This document shows, piece by piece, positions 1 through 7,355 of a stretch of DNA of 12,132 nt (its first letter is position 1; every line of letters starts with the position of its first letter). The position numbers and the translations under genes were made by a program. Source of the stretch: Campylobacterota bacterium (GTDB lineage: Bacteria; Campylobacterota; Campylobacteria; Campylobacterales; Sulfurimonadaceae). The stretch is from contig JAYEKO010000062.1 in the NCBI GenBank assembly GCA_034661055.1, forward strand, positions 1-12,132, in the 5' to 3' direction. A model generated the notes under the pieces. It ran no database searches and was not told the origin of the DNA. It saw only the letters and a program-made list of their open reading frames with translations.

Positions 1-1
1 T

Positions 2-859
2 AATATTTCAGTTGATCAATTCTGGTGGTGGTGGGTAGTTCACTTATGGGTTGAAGCTACATGGGAAGTTTATGTTGGTGCTCTTGCTGCTTATGGTTTG
101 ATTACTATGATTGGCGCACACCGTAAAGTTGTTGAAATGTGGTTATGGATTGAAGTAGCAATGCTATTTGGTTCAGGTATCTTAGGTTTAGGTCACCACT
201 ATTTCTGGATTGGTACACCTGAGTACTGGTGGGAAATTGGAGCACTATTTAGTGCGCTAGAGCCATTACCATTGGTTGCGATGTTCATCCACGTTCTTTA
301 TGACTGGGGTAAAACTCAGGGTGAACAAGATGCAACGGGAGATACTAAAACTGTTATTAATAACAAACCTGCGTTTACATGGTTCGTTCTTAATGCATTT
401 GGTAACTTCTTAGGTGCTGGTATTTGGGGATTCTTCCACACATTACCACAAGTAAACCTTTATACTCACGGTACACAGTTTACATCAGCGCACGGACACC
501 TTGCTTTCTTTGGTGCATATGCAACGATTTTAATTGGTATGATGTACCTTGCTATTCAGGGAACTAATGGCATTAAAGTAATGAAGAGTACAAAATCATC
601 AATTGCAGCTGCATGGATGATTAGTGGTGGTGTTATGGGTATGACTGTTGCACTTACTATTGCTGGTTATGTTCAGGTTCTTGTTTCACGTGCACAAATG
701 GGTGCTACATGGGCAGGTTACTTTGATGGACAGAGTGGTATGTGGTTCGCACAAGCTATGGATTGGAGACTTATTATGGGTCTGGTTACATTCATCGGTT
801 TTGCGTTCTTAATTAAAGACTTCTTGAGCATCGGTAAAGCTGCTCATCACGAAAGATAA
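2..859 (+). CDS. norB: Nitric oxide reductase large subunit NorB (cNOR type), 5'-truncated by the window edge
   Basis: The frame is open from position 2 (NISVDQFWWWWVVHLWVEATWEVY...), so the track start at 98 is internal. It has the heme-copper superfamily NOR motifs HLWVExxxE (FeB His plus two Glu), GHHYFWIG, LEPLP and TSAHGHLAFFGAY. HTLPQVNLYTHGTQ resembles cNorB (HTLAPVNYYTHGTQ) rather than qNOR. Stop TAA at 857-859. Confidence 0.96.
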   Translation, partial: NISVDQFWWWWVVHLWVEATWEVYVGALAAYGLITMIGAHRKVVEMWLWIEVAMLFGSGILGLGHHYFWIGTPEYWWEIGALFSALEPLPLVAMFIHVLYDWGKTQGEQDATGDTKTVINNKPAFTWFVLNAFGNFLGAGIWGFFHTLPQVNLYTHGTQFTSAHGHLAFFGAYATILIGMMYLAIQGTNGIKVMKSTKSSIAAAWMISGGVMGMTVALTIAGYVQVLVSRAQMGATWAGYFDGQSGMWFAQAMDWRLIMGLVTFIGFAFLIKDFLSIGKAAHHER

Positions 860-870
860 GGAGATCTATT

Positions 871-1026
871 ATGTTTGAACCAATGACAGACGTAGTGCCA
901 AGCTTTTTTGCTTGGTTAAATCAGGGTCCGTTGACTCTAACGCTTTTTCTTCACACTGTAATTATTCTTCCAATGTTTTGGATTTATAAACAAGAAAAAG
1001 CAAGAATCGAACAAGAAGATAGCTAG
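871..1026 (+). CDS. 51-aa single-transmembrane small protein (not in the ORF track), possible NOR accessory subunit
   Basis: AAGGAG at 858-863 overlaps the norB stop and lies 7 nt before ATG 871. Translation: MFEPMTDVVPSFFAWLNQGPLTLTLFLHTVIILPMFWIYKQEKARIEQEDS, stop TAG 1024-1026. One hydrophobic helix is followed by a charged tail. The ORF fills most of the norB-nirS gap. Confidence 0.85.
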   Translation: MFEPMTDVVPSFFAWLNQGPLTLTLFLHTVIILPMFWIYKQEKARIEQEDS

Positions 1027-1030
1027 GCGT

Positions 1031-1051
1031 GAGCAGGTTTTAACCTGCTTT
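1031..1051 (+). terminator. Intergenic stem-loop between the small ORF and nirS (weak terminator or mRNA processing/stability hairpin)
   Basis: AGCAGGTT (1032-1039) and AACCTGCT (1042-1049) are perfect inverted arms, followed by only a short T run. Confidence 0.55.
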
Positions 1052-1075
1052 CAATCTTATTCTAAAGGGGAAAAA

Positions 1076-2716
1076 ATGAGATTAAATAAAATTGTTACTT
1101 CAGTTGCTGCATTAGCAGTAGTTACTTCAGGCCTGTTTGCTGATACATCTAAGATGGATGTTGAAAAAGTATTTGAGAGAGAATGTCAAGGGTGTCACGG
1201 TCCTAACCACGAAGGTGGTGTTGGTTCAGATTTACGTCCTGCAGTAATTGGTAAGAAAAACTCTTACGAACTTGCTGATGTTGTCCTAAATGGTAAAGCT
1301 GGTACAGCTATGCCTCCATTTAAAGGGTCTTTCACTAAATCTGATGCAGATGCTATGGTTGATTACCTTCAGCACTTCAAAGGTAAGAAAATGGCTGTTC
1401 TTAGCATGGATAATGTTAAAGCAGGCTGGAAGCCACTTAATGACAGAATGAAATTTTTCAAAAAATATCCACATGCTGTAGATGTTAAGAAAAATACTGA
1501 CATCTGTTTCGTAACTGAGCGTGACGCAGAACGTGTTGCATTTGTTGATGGTACTAATGGTAAAGTTTTATCTAAGCACCCAGCTGGTTTTGCGGTTCAC
1601 GTAACTGTAACTAACAAGCGTCAACCTCGTTATGCTTACTCAATCTCTCGTTCAGGTTTAGTAACAATGTTCGACCTTAACACTCCGGGTCAACAAAAAA
1701 TTGCTGAGATCCAAGTTGGTTCTGAGTCACGTGGTCTTGCGGTATCTCCAGATGGTAAATACCTAATGGCTGGTAACTACACTCCAGGTGGAGCTATTTT
1801 AATGGACGCAATGACTCTTGAGCCATTGAAAGTTTATCCAACTTCATCTGTAATTGATCCTGATGGTAACATCGGTTCTTCACGTGTTGCAGGTATCTTT
1901 GATACTCCATATGGTCCATATATTGCATTTGCACTTAAAGATGGTGGACACGTATATATCGTAGATTACTCTAAAGAAGGTTACCCAATTGTTGGTGATA
2001 TTCCAAACATTGGTAAAATTCTTCATGATGGTTTCTTAAATGAAGGTAAAGAGATTGGTAGATACCTGTTTATCGCATCTCAAGGTTCAGATGTTGTTGG
2101 TGTAGTTGATTTTAAAACTAAATCTTTAGTTACTAAAATCTATACAGGTCCTTCAGCTAAGCCACACCCAGGTCAAGGTTCTTCATGGTTCCACGAAGGT
2201 CTAGGTCAGCAACTTGGTGCTACTGTTAATATGAATCTTGGTCAGGTAACTATCTGGGATGATAACTTCGATGTAATCCGTCAAATTCCTATCGGTGGTG
2301 GTGGTCTATTTATCGGTACATCTGAGCATACTCCGTTCCTATGGGCAGATAATGTACTAGGTGGAGCTGCTAACTGGAATAAAGTTCACTTAATTAACAA
2401 GCAAACTTTAGAGTTAGATAGAATCATTACTGTTGGTAAAAAACAAGGTACTGTTACAGACCCTGTAACTCACAAAGTTCTTTACAAATGGAAAGTTCCA
2501 ACTGTTAAAGATGCTAAAGGTAAAGCAGTTACTCCACGTATTTTACACGCAGAGCCTGCTAACCATGGTCACTGGACTATGATTTCTGAGTGGAATGCTG
2601 GACGTATCGGTATTTATGAAGCTAAAACTGGTAAATTTGTTAAATACATTAAAGGCTTAACAACTCCTACGTTTACTTACTCTATCGAGCACAGACAAAC
2701 TATTCCTGGTGCTTAA
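1076..2716 (+). CDS. nirS: Cytochrome cd1 nitrite reductase NirS
   Basis: RBS AAAGGGG at 1064-1070 and a Sec signal peptide. N-terminal heme c site CQGCH with a candidate distal Met (GTAMPPF). Beta-propeller d1 domain with GFAVHV (proximal His), LHDG and PHPGQG (active-site His residues). Codon choice typical of highly expressed genes, and it lies next to norB. Confidence 0.93.
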   Translation: MRLNKIVTSVAALAVVTSGLFADTSKMDVEKVFERECQGCHGPNHEGGVGSDLRPAVIGKKNSYELADVVLNGKAGTAMPPFKGSFTKSDADAMVDYLQHFKGKKMAVLSMDNVKAGWKPLNDRMKFFKKYPHAVDVKKNTDICFVTERDAERVAFVDGTNGKVLSKHPAGFAVHVTVTNKRQPRYAYSISRSGLVTMFDLNTPGQQKIAEIQVGSESRGLAVSPDGKYLMAGNYTPGGAILMDAMTLEPLKVYPTSSVIDPDGNIGSSRVAGIFDTPYGPYIAFALKDGGHVYIVDYSKEGYPIVGDIPNIGKILHDGFLNEGKEIGRYLFIASQGSDVVGVVDFKTKSLVTKIYTGPSAKPHPGQGSSWFHEGLGQQLGATVNMNLGQVTIWDDNFDVIRQIPIGGGGLFIGTSEHTPFLWADNVLGGAANWNKVHLINKQTLELDRIITVGKKQGTVTDPVTHKVLYKWKVPTVKDAKGKAVTPRILHAEPANHGHWTMISEWNAGRIGIYEAKTGKFVKYIKGLTTPTFTYSIEHRQTIPGA

Positions 2717-2722
2717 TAGTTC

Positions 2723-2744
2723 TTTCTCTCCCTCGGGAGAGAAA
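2723..2744 (+). terminator. Strong hairpin 3' of nirS (terminator or 3'-stabilising stem)
   Basis: TTTCTCTCCC (2723-2732) and GGGAGAGAAA (2735-2744) form a perfect inverted repeat starting 7 nt after the nirS stop. T-rich sequence starts about 10 nt downstream rather than immediately. Confidence 0.75.
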
Positions 2745-2874
2745 CTCAAAACTCTTTTTACATGTATTTTTTACTTTCTTATAAAATTATAAATTATTAT
2801 ATTAGTTACAAAAATTTATCCCTATTAAAATCCCTAATTCTTGGACTTTATAAGCTAGATTTCAAGCTTATTTT

Positions 2875-2883
2875 TGCTAGAAT
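2875..2883 (+). promoter_or_regulatory. Extended -10 sigma70 promoter for the heme d1 biosynthesis unit
   Basis: TGCTAGAAT matches TGnTAnAAT, the typical Campylobacterota promoter, 23 nt before ATG 2907. Confidence 0.6.
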
Positions 2884-2906
2884 ACCATACCAATGAAAAG
2901 AAAATT

Positions 2907-3215
2907 ATGAAAAATAAATTAACAATACTACTACTCATGTTCTACTCTTTTTTGCAAGCTGATTCTCTTGATGGAAAAAAAGTTTTTGAAACATATTGCT
3001 GGGGCTGTCACCATCAAAGTGCTGTAGCCTTTGGACCACCATTTACGCAAATTGCTTCTAAACGCTCAGCAGATGAAATTAAAGCTTACATATTAGAACC
3101 TAAGGCAATGTATAAAGCTTTTGGTTATAAACGTACTGTAATGACACAATTAAAACTTAATGATCAAGAGATTAATCTAGTTACAGACTATATTCTCTCT
3201 TACAAAGGCAAATAA
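2907..3215 (+). CDS. Periplasmic monoheme cytochrome c (c551/NirM-like sequence, at the head of the heme d1 unit)
   Basis: ATG 2907 is preferred over the track's TTG 2874 because it gives a clean signal peptide (MKNKLTILLLMFYSFLQA) and lies downstream of the -10. Single CWGCH, GPPF motif, candidate axial Met in KRTVM. The stop overlaps the nirJ start (TAATG). Confidence 0.88.
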   Translation: MKNKLTILLLMFYSFLQADSLDGKKVFETYCWGCHHQSAVAFGPPFTQIASKRSADEIKAYILEPKAMYKAFGYKRTVMTQLKLNDQEINLVTDYILSYKGK

Positions 3216-4336
3216 TGTTTAGACTATCCAACTTAATAGCTTCAGTTGTTGAGAGTAAGCCAGAGAGAATATTAAATGGCTCTATTGCTATCTGGAACTT
3301 TACCAATCGCTGTAATCTTTCGTGTATGCACTGTTACTCTAAATCTACTTTAGATGAAGTAGATACCTTGACTACACAGCAAATAAAAAAAACAATCTTA
3401 GAGATGAAAGATAATGGTGTTAAGTTCATTATTTTCTCTGGCGGTGAGCCACTTACACGAAAAGATCTTTTTGAAATAGCTGATTTTTGTAAAGACAATG
3501 GAATTATTACCTATCTTTCGAGTAATGGTCTTTACTTTACAAAGAAAAACATTAAACAAATTGTTGAAACATTTAATTATGTAGGTGTCAGTATTGACGG
3601 AGATGAAGAGACTCATGACTATTTTCGTGGTTTAAAAGGCGCCTTTACTGAAACACTAAAAGCGGTTCTTCTTGCTAATGAAACAGGTGCTAAAGTTGGC
3701 CTGCGCTACACCATTACCAAAGAGACATTAAACTCACTAGAGTTTATTTTTAATCTGGTTGAAAAGCATAATATTCCAAAAATTTATGTTTCACACCTCG
3801 TCTATTCTGGTCGAGGTTTAGATAATTTAAAGATGGACTTAACCAAAGAGCAGCGTCGAAAAGCTGTTAACTTTATTTTAGACAAAGCATTTCAGTATTA
3901 CAAAGAGGGTCGTGATATTGAGATTGTAACAGGAAATATGGAGCAAGACGGCATTCTTTTTCTAAATAGATTTGCGCAAGAGTACCCTGAACTTAAAGAG
4001 ACTATGAGGGAGAGACTCGTAACATGGGGCGGCAACAGTGCTGGACGTAAACTGCTCAATATTAATAGCGAGGGTGATGTTCGACCTGATCCGTTTTTTC
4101 CATTAACTGTTGGTAATATCATCCAGCAAGACTTTGGTGATATCTGGCAACATGGTGAACTACTAGATCAGCTACGCATTCACCCCAGAACACAGATAGG
4201 TGGTATCTGTAGAGACTGCGAACAGATAGACATCTGTAATGGAGGTTCACGTGCTCGTGCCTATGCAATTACTGGTGATTTATGGAGTGAAGACCCATCA
4301 TGTTACTTAACTGAAGATGAAAGAAGGAGAGATTAA
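3215..4336 (+). CDS. nirJ: Radical SAM/SPASM heme d1 biosynthesis protein NirJ
   Basis: CNLSCMHC (CxxxCxxC), FSGGEPL, NirJ-like MFRLS N-terminus, HLVYSGRG and WGGNSAG, and C-terminal CxxC-x5-C...DPSC auxiliary cluster ligands. Located between nirS and nirF. Confidence 0.9.
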   Translation: MFRLSNLIASVVESKPERILNGSIAIWNFTNRCNLSCMHCYSKSTLDEVDTLTTQQIKKTILEMKDNGVKFIIFSGGEPLTRKDLFEIADFCKDNGIITYLSSNGLYFTKKNIKQIVETFNYVGVSIDGDEETHDYFRGLKGAFTETLKAVLLANETGAKVGLRYTITKETLNSLEFIFNLVEKHNIPKIYVSHLVYSGRGLDNLKMDLTKEQRRKAVNFILDKAFQYYKEGRDIEIVTGNMEQDGILFLNRFAQEYPELKETMRERLVTWGGNSAGRKLLNINSEGDVRPDPFFPLTVGNIIQQDFGDIWQHGELLDQLRIHPRTQIGGICRDCEQIDICNGGSRARAYAITGDLWSEDPSCYLTEDERRRD

Positions 4337-5472
4337 TGTTACTAAATAGAGTATTTTTAACTGCTGCATTGGCAGTAAGTATGCAACTGTCAGTATCTGC
4401 TAAGAGTATTAATCCAATACTGCAAGCTTCAAAAAACAGTGAAAAACTTTTTATTGTTGAGAGAGAGAATGAATCTCTAGCTGTTATTGATGGAGGATTA
4501 CCAACAGGACGTATTCTTAACATGCACAATATGAATCATGGTGTTGTTAAGTTTGATGGAAAAGATGGTTATGTAATCTCCCGTGATGGATACGTTGTAA
4601 AATTTGATCCTGAAAGTGAAAAGATACTAAAGGAGCATAAAACAAGTGATAGTGCTATCGGTTTTACCATTGATAAAAACTTTCTTGCTGTCGCAAATTA
4701 TGCTAAAAAAAGTGTAGATATTTTAGATAGAGACCTAAACCCTCTTCAGTCATTTGAGACAGGATCTAAGAATGTTGGCATTAAAACCTATAAAGACTAT
4801 CTAATATTTTCTCAGATGGATAATGATAAAATCACTGTGCTAAAAGATACCAACTATGGCAAAGGACTCCCAAAGTTTATTATTCACAAAGAGTTTGAAG
4901 ACGTTGGAGTCATGCCATTTGATGCTATGATTAAAGACAATAATTTTATTACTGGCTTCTTTCAGAGTCCATTTTTTGGCGTAGTTAATTTAGACACAAT
5001 GGAATATAAAAAAATTGATATCCTTCTTGGAAATAGAAAACCTGTACTTAAAGTACCGCACTTTGGGTTCTGGAGTATTAGTGATGGAAATGTCTTTATT
5101 CCAGCTGTTGGAGACAACAAAGTTCTTGTTTATACTCCTGATTTTAAATTTGTAAAAAACATTGAGACAGAAGGACTACCTGTTTTTACAGCACTCAGTC
5201 CTGATAAAAAATATTTAGCGGTCACTTTTAGTGGTAAAAAATTCCCAGTCATTCAAATTATTGATACTTCAACACTTAAAATCATTAAACGTTTTGAATT
5301 TGATGGTAAAGTTTTACATGTAAGATGGTCAAATGTCAAACCAAAACTTTATGTATCAGTTAATGATACCAACAAAATAGCTATTCTTGATACTAAGCAG
5401 TGGTATCTAAGTCGAGAAATTTTTCAAATCAAGAAACCATCAGGTATATTTATTTATGAAGGGTCAAAATAA
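4336..5472 (+). CDS. nirF: Heme d1 binding/maturation beta-propeller protein NirF
   Basis: Signal peptide without a lipobox Cys and no CxxCH. NirF-like motifs SRDG, KVPHFGFW (cf. KMPHLEGW), GLPVF, VLH and C-terminal KPSGIF. TAATG coupling on both sides. Confidence 0.88.
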   Translation: MLLNRVFLTAALAVSMQLSVSAKSINPILQASKNSEKLFIVERENESLAVIDGGLPTGRILNMHNMNHGVVKFDGKDGYVISRDGYVVKFDPESEKILKEHKTSDSAIGFTIDKNFLAVANYAKKSVDILDRDLNPLQSFETGSKNVGIKTYKDYLIFSQMDNDKITVLKDTNYGKGLPKFIIHKEFEDVGVMPFDAMIKDNNFITGFFQSPFFGVVNLDTMEYKKIDILLGNRKPVLKVPHFGFWSISDGNVFIPAVGDNKVLVYTPDFKFVKNIETEGLPVFTALSPDKKYLAVTFSGKKFPVIQIIDTSTLKIIKRFEFDGKVLHVRWSNVKPKLYVSVNDTNKIAILDTKQWYLSREIFQIKKPSGIFIYEGSK

Positions 5473-6203
5473 TGGGTAATGTCTATTTAACAGGAGCGGG
5501 TCCTGGAGATATGGAGCTTTTAACGCTCAAGGCACTTCGTGTTGTTCAGGAGGCAGATGTTGTCATTTTTGACCGTCTTGCTAATCCAGACATTTTAAAA
5601 GAAGCTAAAGATGGATGTCTTTTTGTTAATGTTGGCAAAGAAGATGGCAGACATATTATGCCTCAAGATGATATTAATGAAACAATCTATCAAAATGCTC
5701 TTAAATATGAGAATGTAGTACGCCTTAAAGGTGGTGACCCTTTTGTATTTGGACGTGGTGGAGAAGAGGCAGCCTACTTACACGAGCGTGGAGTTGGCTT
5801 TGAAATCATTCCTGGAATTACCTCAGCTGTAAGTGCACCTGCCTATGCTGGAATTCCAGTAACACATCGCGGTATTGCCGTCTCATTTCGTGTTGTAACG
5901 GGGCATGAGTCACCAAATAAAGAGACCTCGCAAATTCCATGGAACAACTTTAAAACAGACGACACTATTGTCTTTTTAATGGGTCTGCATAATCTTCCAA
6001 AAATTAGTAAAAAACTTATTGAAATTGGTAAAGCAAAAGAGTATCCATGTGCTGTTATTTCAAGAGGAACAACAGCAGATCAAAAAGTAGTTGTGGGTAC
6101 ACTAGAAAACATTGTTGAAAAAGCTGAAGGTATTCCTACCCCTGCTCTTATTGTTGTTGGAAAAGTGGTTGAACTTCGAGAGCAACTCAACTGGTTTAAA
6201 TAA
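5472..6203 (+). CDS. nirE: SAM-dependent uroporphyrinogen-III C-methyltransferase (NirE/CobA/SUMT)
   Basis: VYLTGAGPGD, VVRLKGGDPFVFGRGGEE and IPGITSA...YAGIPVTHR motifs. It is the last gene of the coupled heme d1 unit. Confidence 0.93.
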   Translation: MGNVYLTGAGPGDMELLTLKALRVVQEADVVIFDRLANPDILKEAKDGCLFVNVGKEDGRHIMPQDDINETIYQNALKYENVVRLKGGDPFVFGRGGEEAAYLHERGVGFEIIPGITSAVSAPAYAGIPVTHRGIAVSFRVVTGHESPNKETSQIPWNNFKTDDTIVFLMGLHNLPKISKKLIEIGKAKEYPCAVISRGTTADQKVVVGTLENIVEKAEGIPTPALIVVGKVVELREQLNWFK

Positions 6204-6226
6204 TATACAAATCCGAGAGGTTCACT

Positions 6227-7348
6227 TTAGTATATATAAAGTGATTCCTCTACTCCAATATATGGCTTTATTATATCTTCTGTAGTAATGTCTAGTTTTT
6301 TAGCAATTTTTGGATTTATAATATAGCTTATCCACGTCGTTTTAATCTCATCACCTTTTTGTAGCTTTGGTACACTGTACTTAATTGTCTTTGAACTGCT
6401 TGCTTTAAGATTTCTATTTAACTTATATCCTACTGCTTTATTAGGCAGTGATGGCTTGTCTTGTGCATCTTTTAAAACTATAATAAAGGTTGCTTCTTTA
6501 TCTTCAATAGGACTCTGTTTAAAATTACTCCAAATTACTTTTTTATCTCTTATAATCACTGTTTTTGCAAATTTTAGTCTCATAGGATGTGTAATAATCG
6601 AGTGTCCCATTTTATTATTAATGGTAAGTTCTAACACTTTATTTTTATACAACAGCTCTAACTTCACCGCTTTTTTGACCATCGCACTTGAATAAACACC
6701 TAAAAATTCATGTGACTTATAGCTATCTCTTATGCCTTTATCTTTCTTTTCAATGGTTCCTGGTGTTGATGGCATATGACAGCCTATACAGTCGCTTGTT
6801 TTATTGTATTGATTCTTTGTGTTACAGACCTCAAATCCAAGAGCATTCTGTTTATGAGAGTGACACCCCATACAGACTTCACTATTTTTATATATTTCAT
6901 TACTTTGAGAGTAGTGTTCATTACTCTCATACGGTTTTTTCAAGTTTCCAAAAACCGTTGGCTTTTTCTCGCCTTTATAATTTGAAAAGTTAATCTTATG
7001 AACTTTTGAATCATATATTTTACTTATTTGATGACAGAAGAAACAAGATACTCCATCTGTCTGTCTATAACTTTTTGGATTTGGCTGCTTTTCTCCGCTC
7101 ATAATAGCCCTTAGGTTCTTAGCGGCTGGCATATGGCATATAGCACACTTATATTTATTTTTGTTGACAGCATTTTTAACTTTAGAATGTACTTCATCTT
7201 TAAACAGTGATGATTTATGATGCATAGAAGATACGTGTTCACGATAGATGTTTTCGTGACACTCATTACAAGATTCTGAAGATGGATATTTTACAGCAGC
7301 ATTTGCGTTAACACTACATACTATTAATATAAAAATAATAATTCTCAC
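6227..7348 (-). CDS. Periplasmic pentaheme c-type cytochrome (c554-like N-terminal motif, C-terminal heme-free domain)
   Basis: GTG start with GGAG 7 nt upstream and a signal peptide. Five CxxCH motifs: CNECH, CAICH, CFFCH, CMGCH, CIGCH. SSESCNECH..IY..H.SSMH resembles the cytochrome c554-type multiheme motif. Confidence 0.9.
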   Translation of the reverse strand: MRIIIFILIVCSVNANAAVKYPSSESCNECHENIYREHVSSMHHKSSLFKDEVHSKVKNAVNKNKYKCAICHMPAAKNLRAIMSGEKQPNPKSYRQTDGVSCFFCHQISKIYDSKVHKINFSNYKGEKKPTVFGNLKKPYESNEHYSQSNEIYKNSEVCMGCHSHKQNALGFEVCNTKNQYNKTSDCIGCHMPSTPGTIEKKDKGIRDSYKSHEFLGVYSSAMVKKAVKLELLYKNKVLELTINNKMGHSIITHPMRLKFAKTVIIRDKKVIWSNFKQSPIEDKEATFIIVLKDAQDKPSLPNKAVGYKLNRNLKASSSKTIKYSVPKLQKGDEIKTTWISYIINPKIAKKLDITTEDIIKPYIGVEESLYIY

Positions 7349-7355
7349 AGGGAAA

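Noticed and set aside
23..35. TGG tandem repeat
   Set aside because: It encodes the Trp run before the conserved NorB HLWVE motif and is not a repeat element.
1040..1054. TTAA-N7-TCAA as an Nss/Fnr box upstream of nirS
   Set aside because: The spacing is wrong, it is too close to the RBS for an activator site, and it is explained by the hairpin arm.
1286..1474. 62-aa minus-strand ORF
   Set aside because: Antisense shadow inside nirS with no recognisable features.
2874..2906. TTG-started N-terminal extension of the small cytochrome
   Set aside because: It overlaps the predicted -10 box and buries the signal peptide; ATG 2907 fits better.
3398..4529. Minus-strand ORFs 3398-3616, 3898-4122 and 4269-4529
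   Set aside because: Antisense shadows of nirJ and nirF without recognisable motifs.
6456..6993. Plus-strand ORFs 6456-6695, 6688-6993 and 6776-6985
   Set aside because: Antisense shadows of the pentaheme gene; their hydrophobic look comes from reading a Lys/Asn-rich gene backwards.
6227..7348. NrfA or HAO assignment for the multiheme protein
   Set aside because: It has no CxxCK motif or other NrfA signature I can recognise, and only five heme motifs, whereas HAO has eight.
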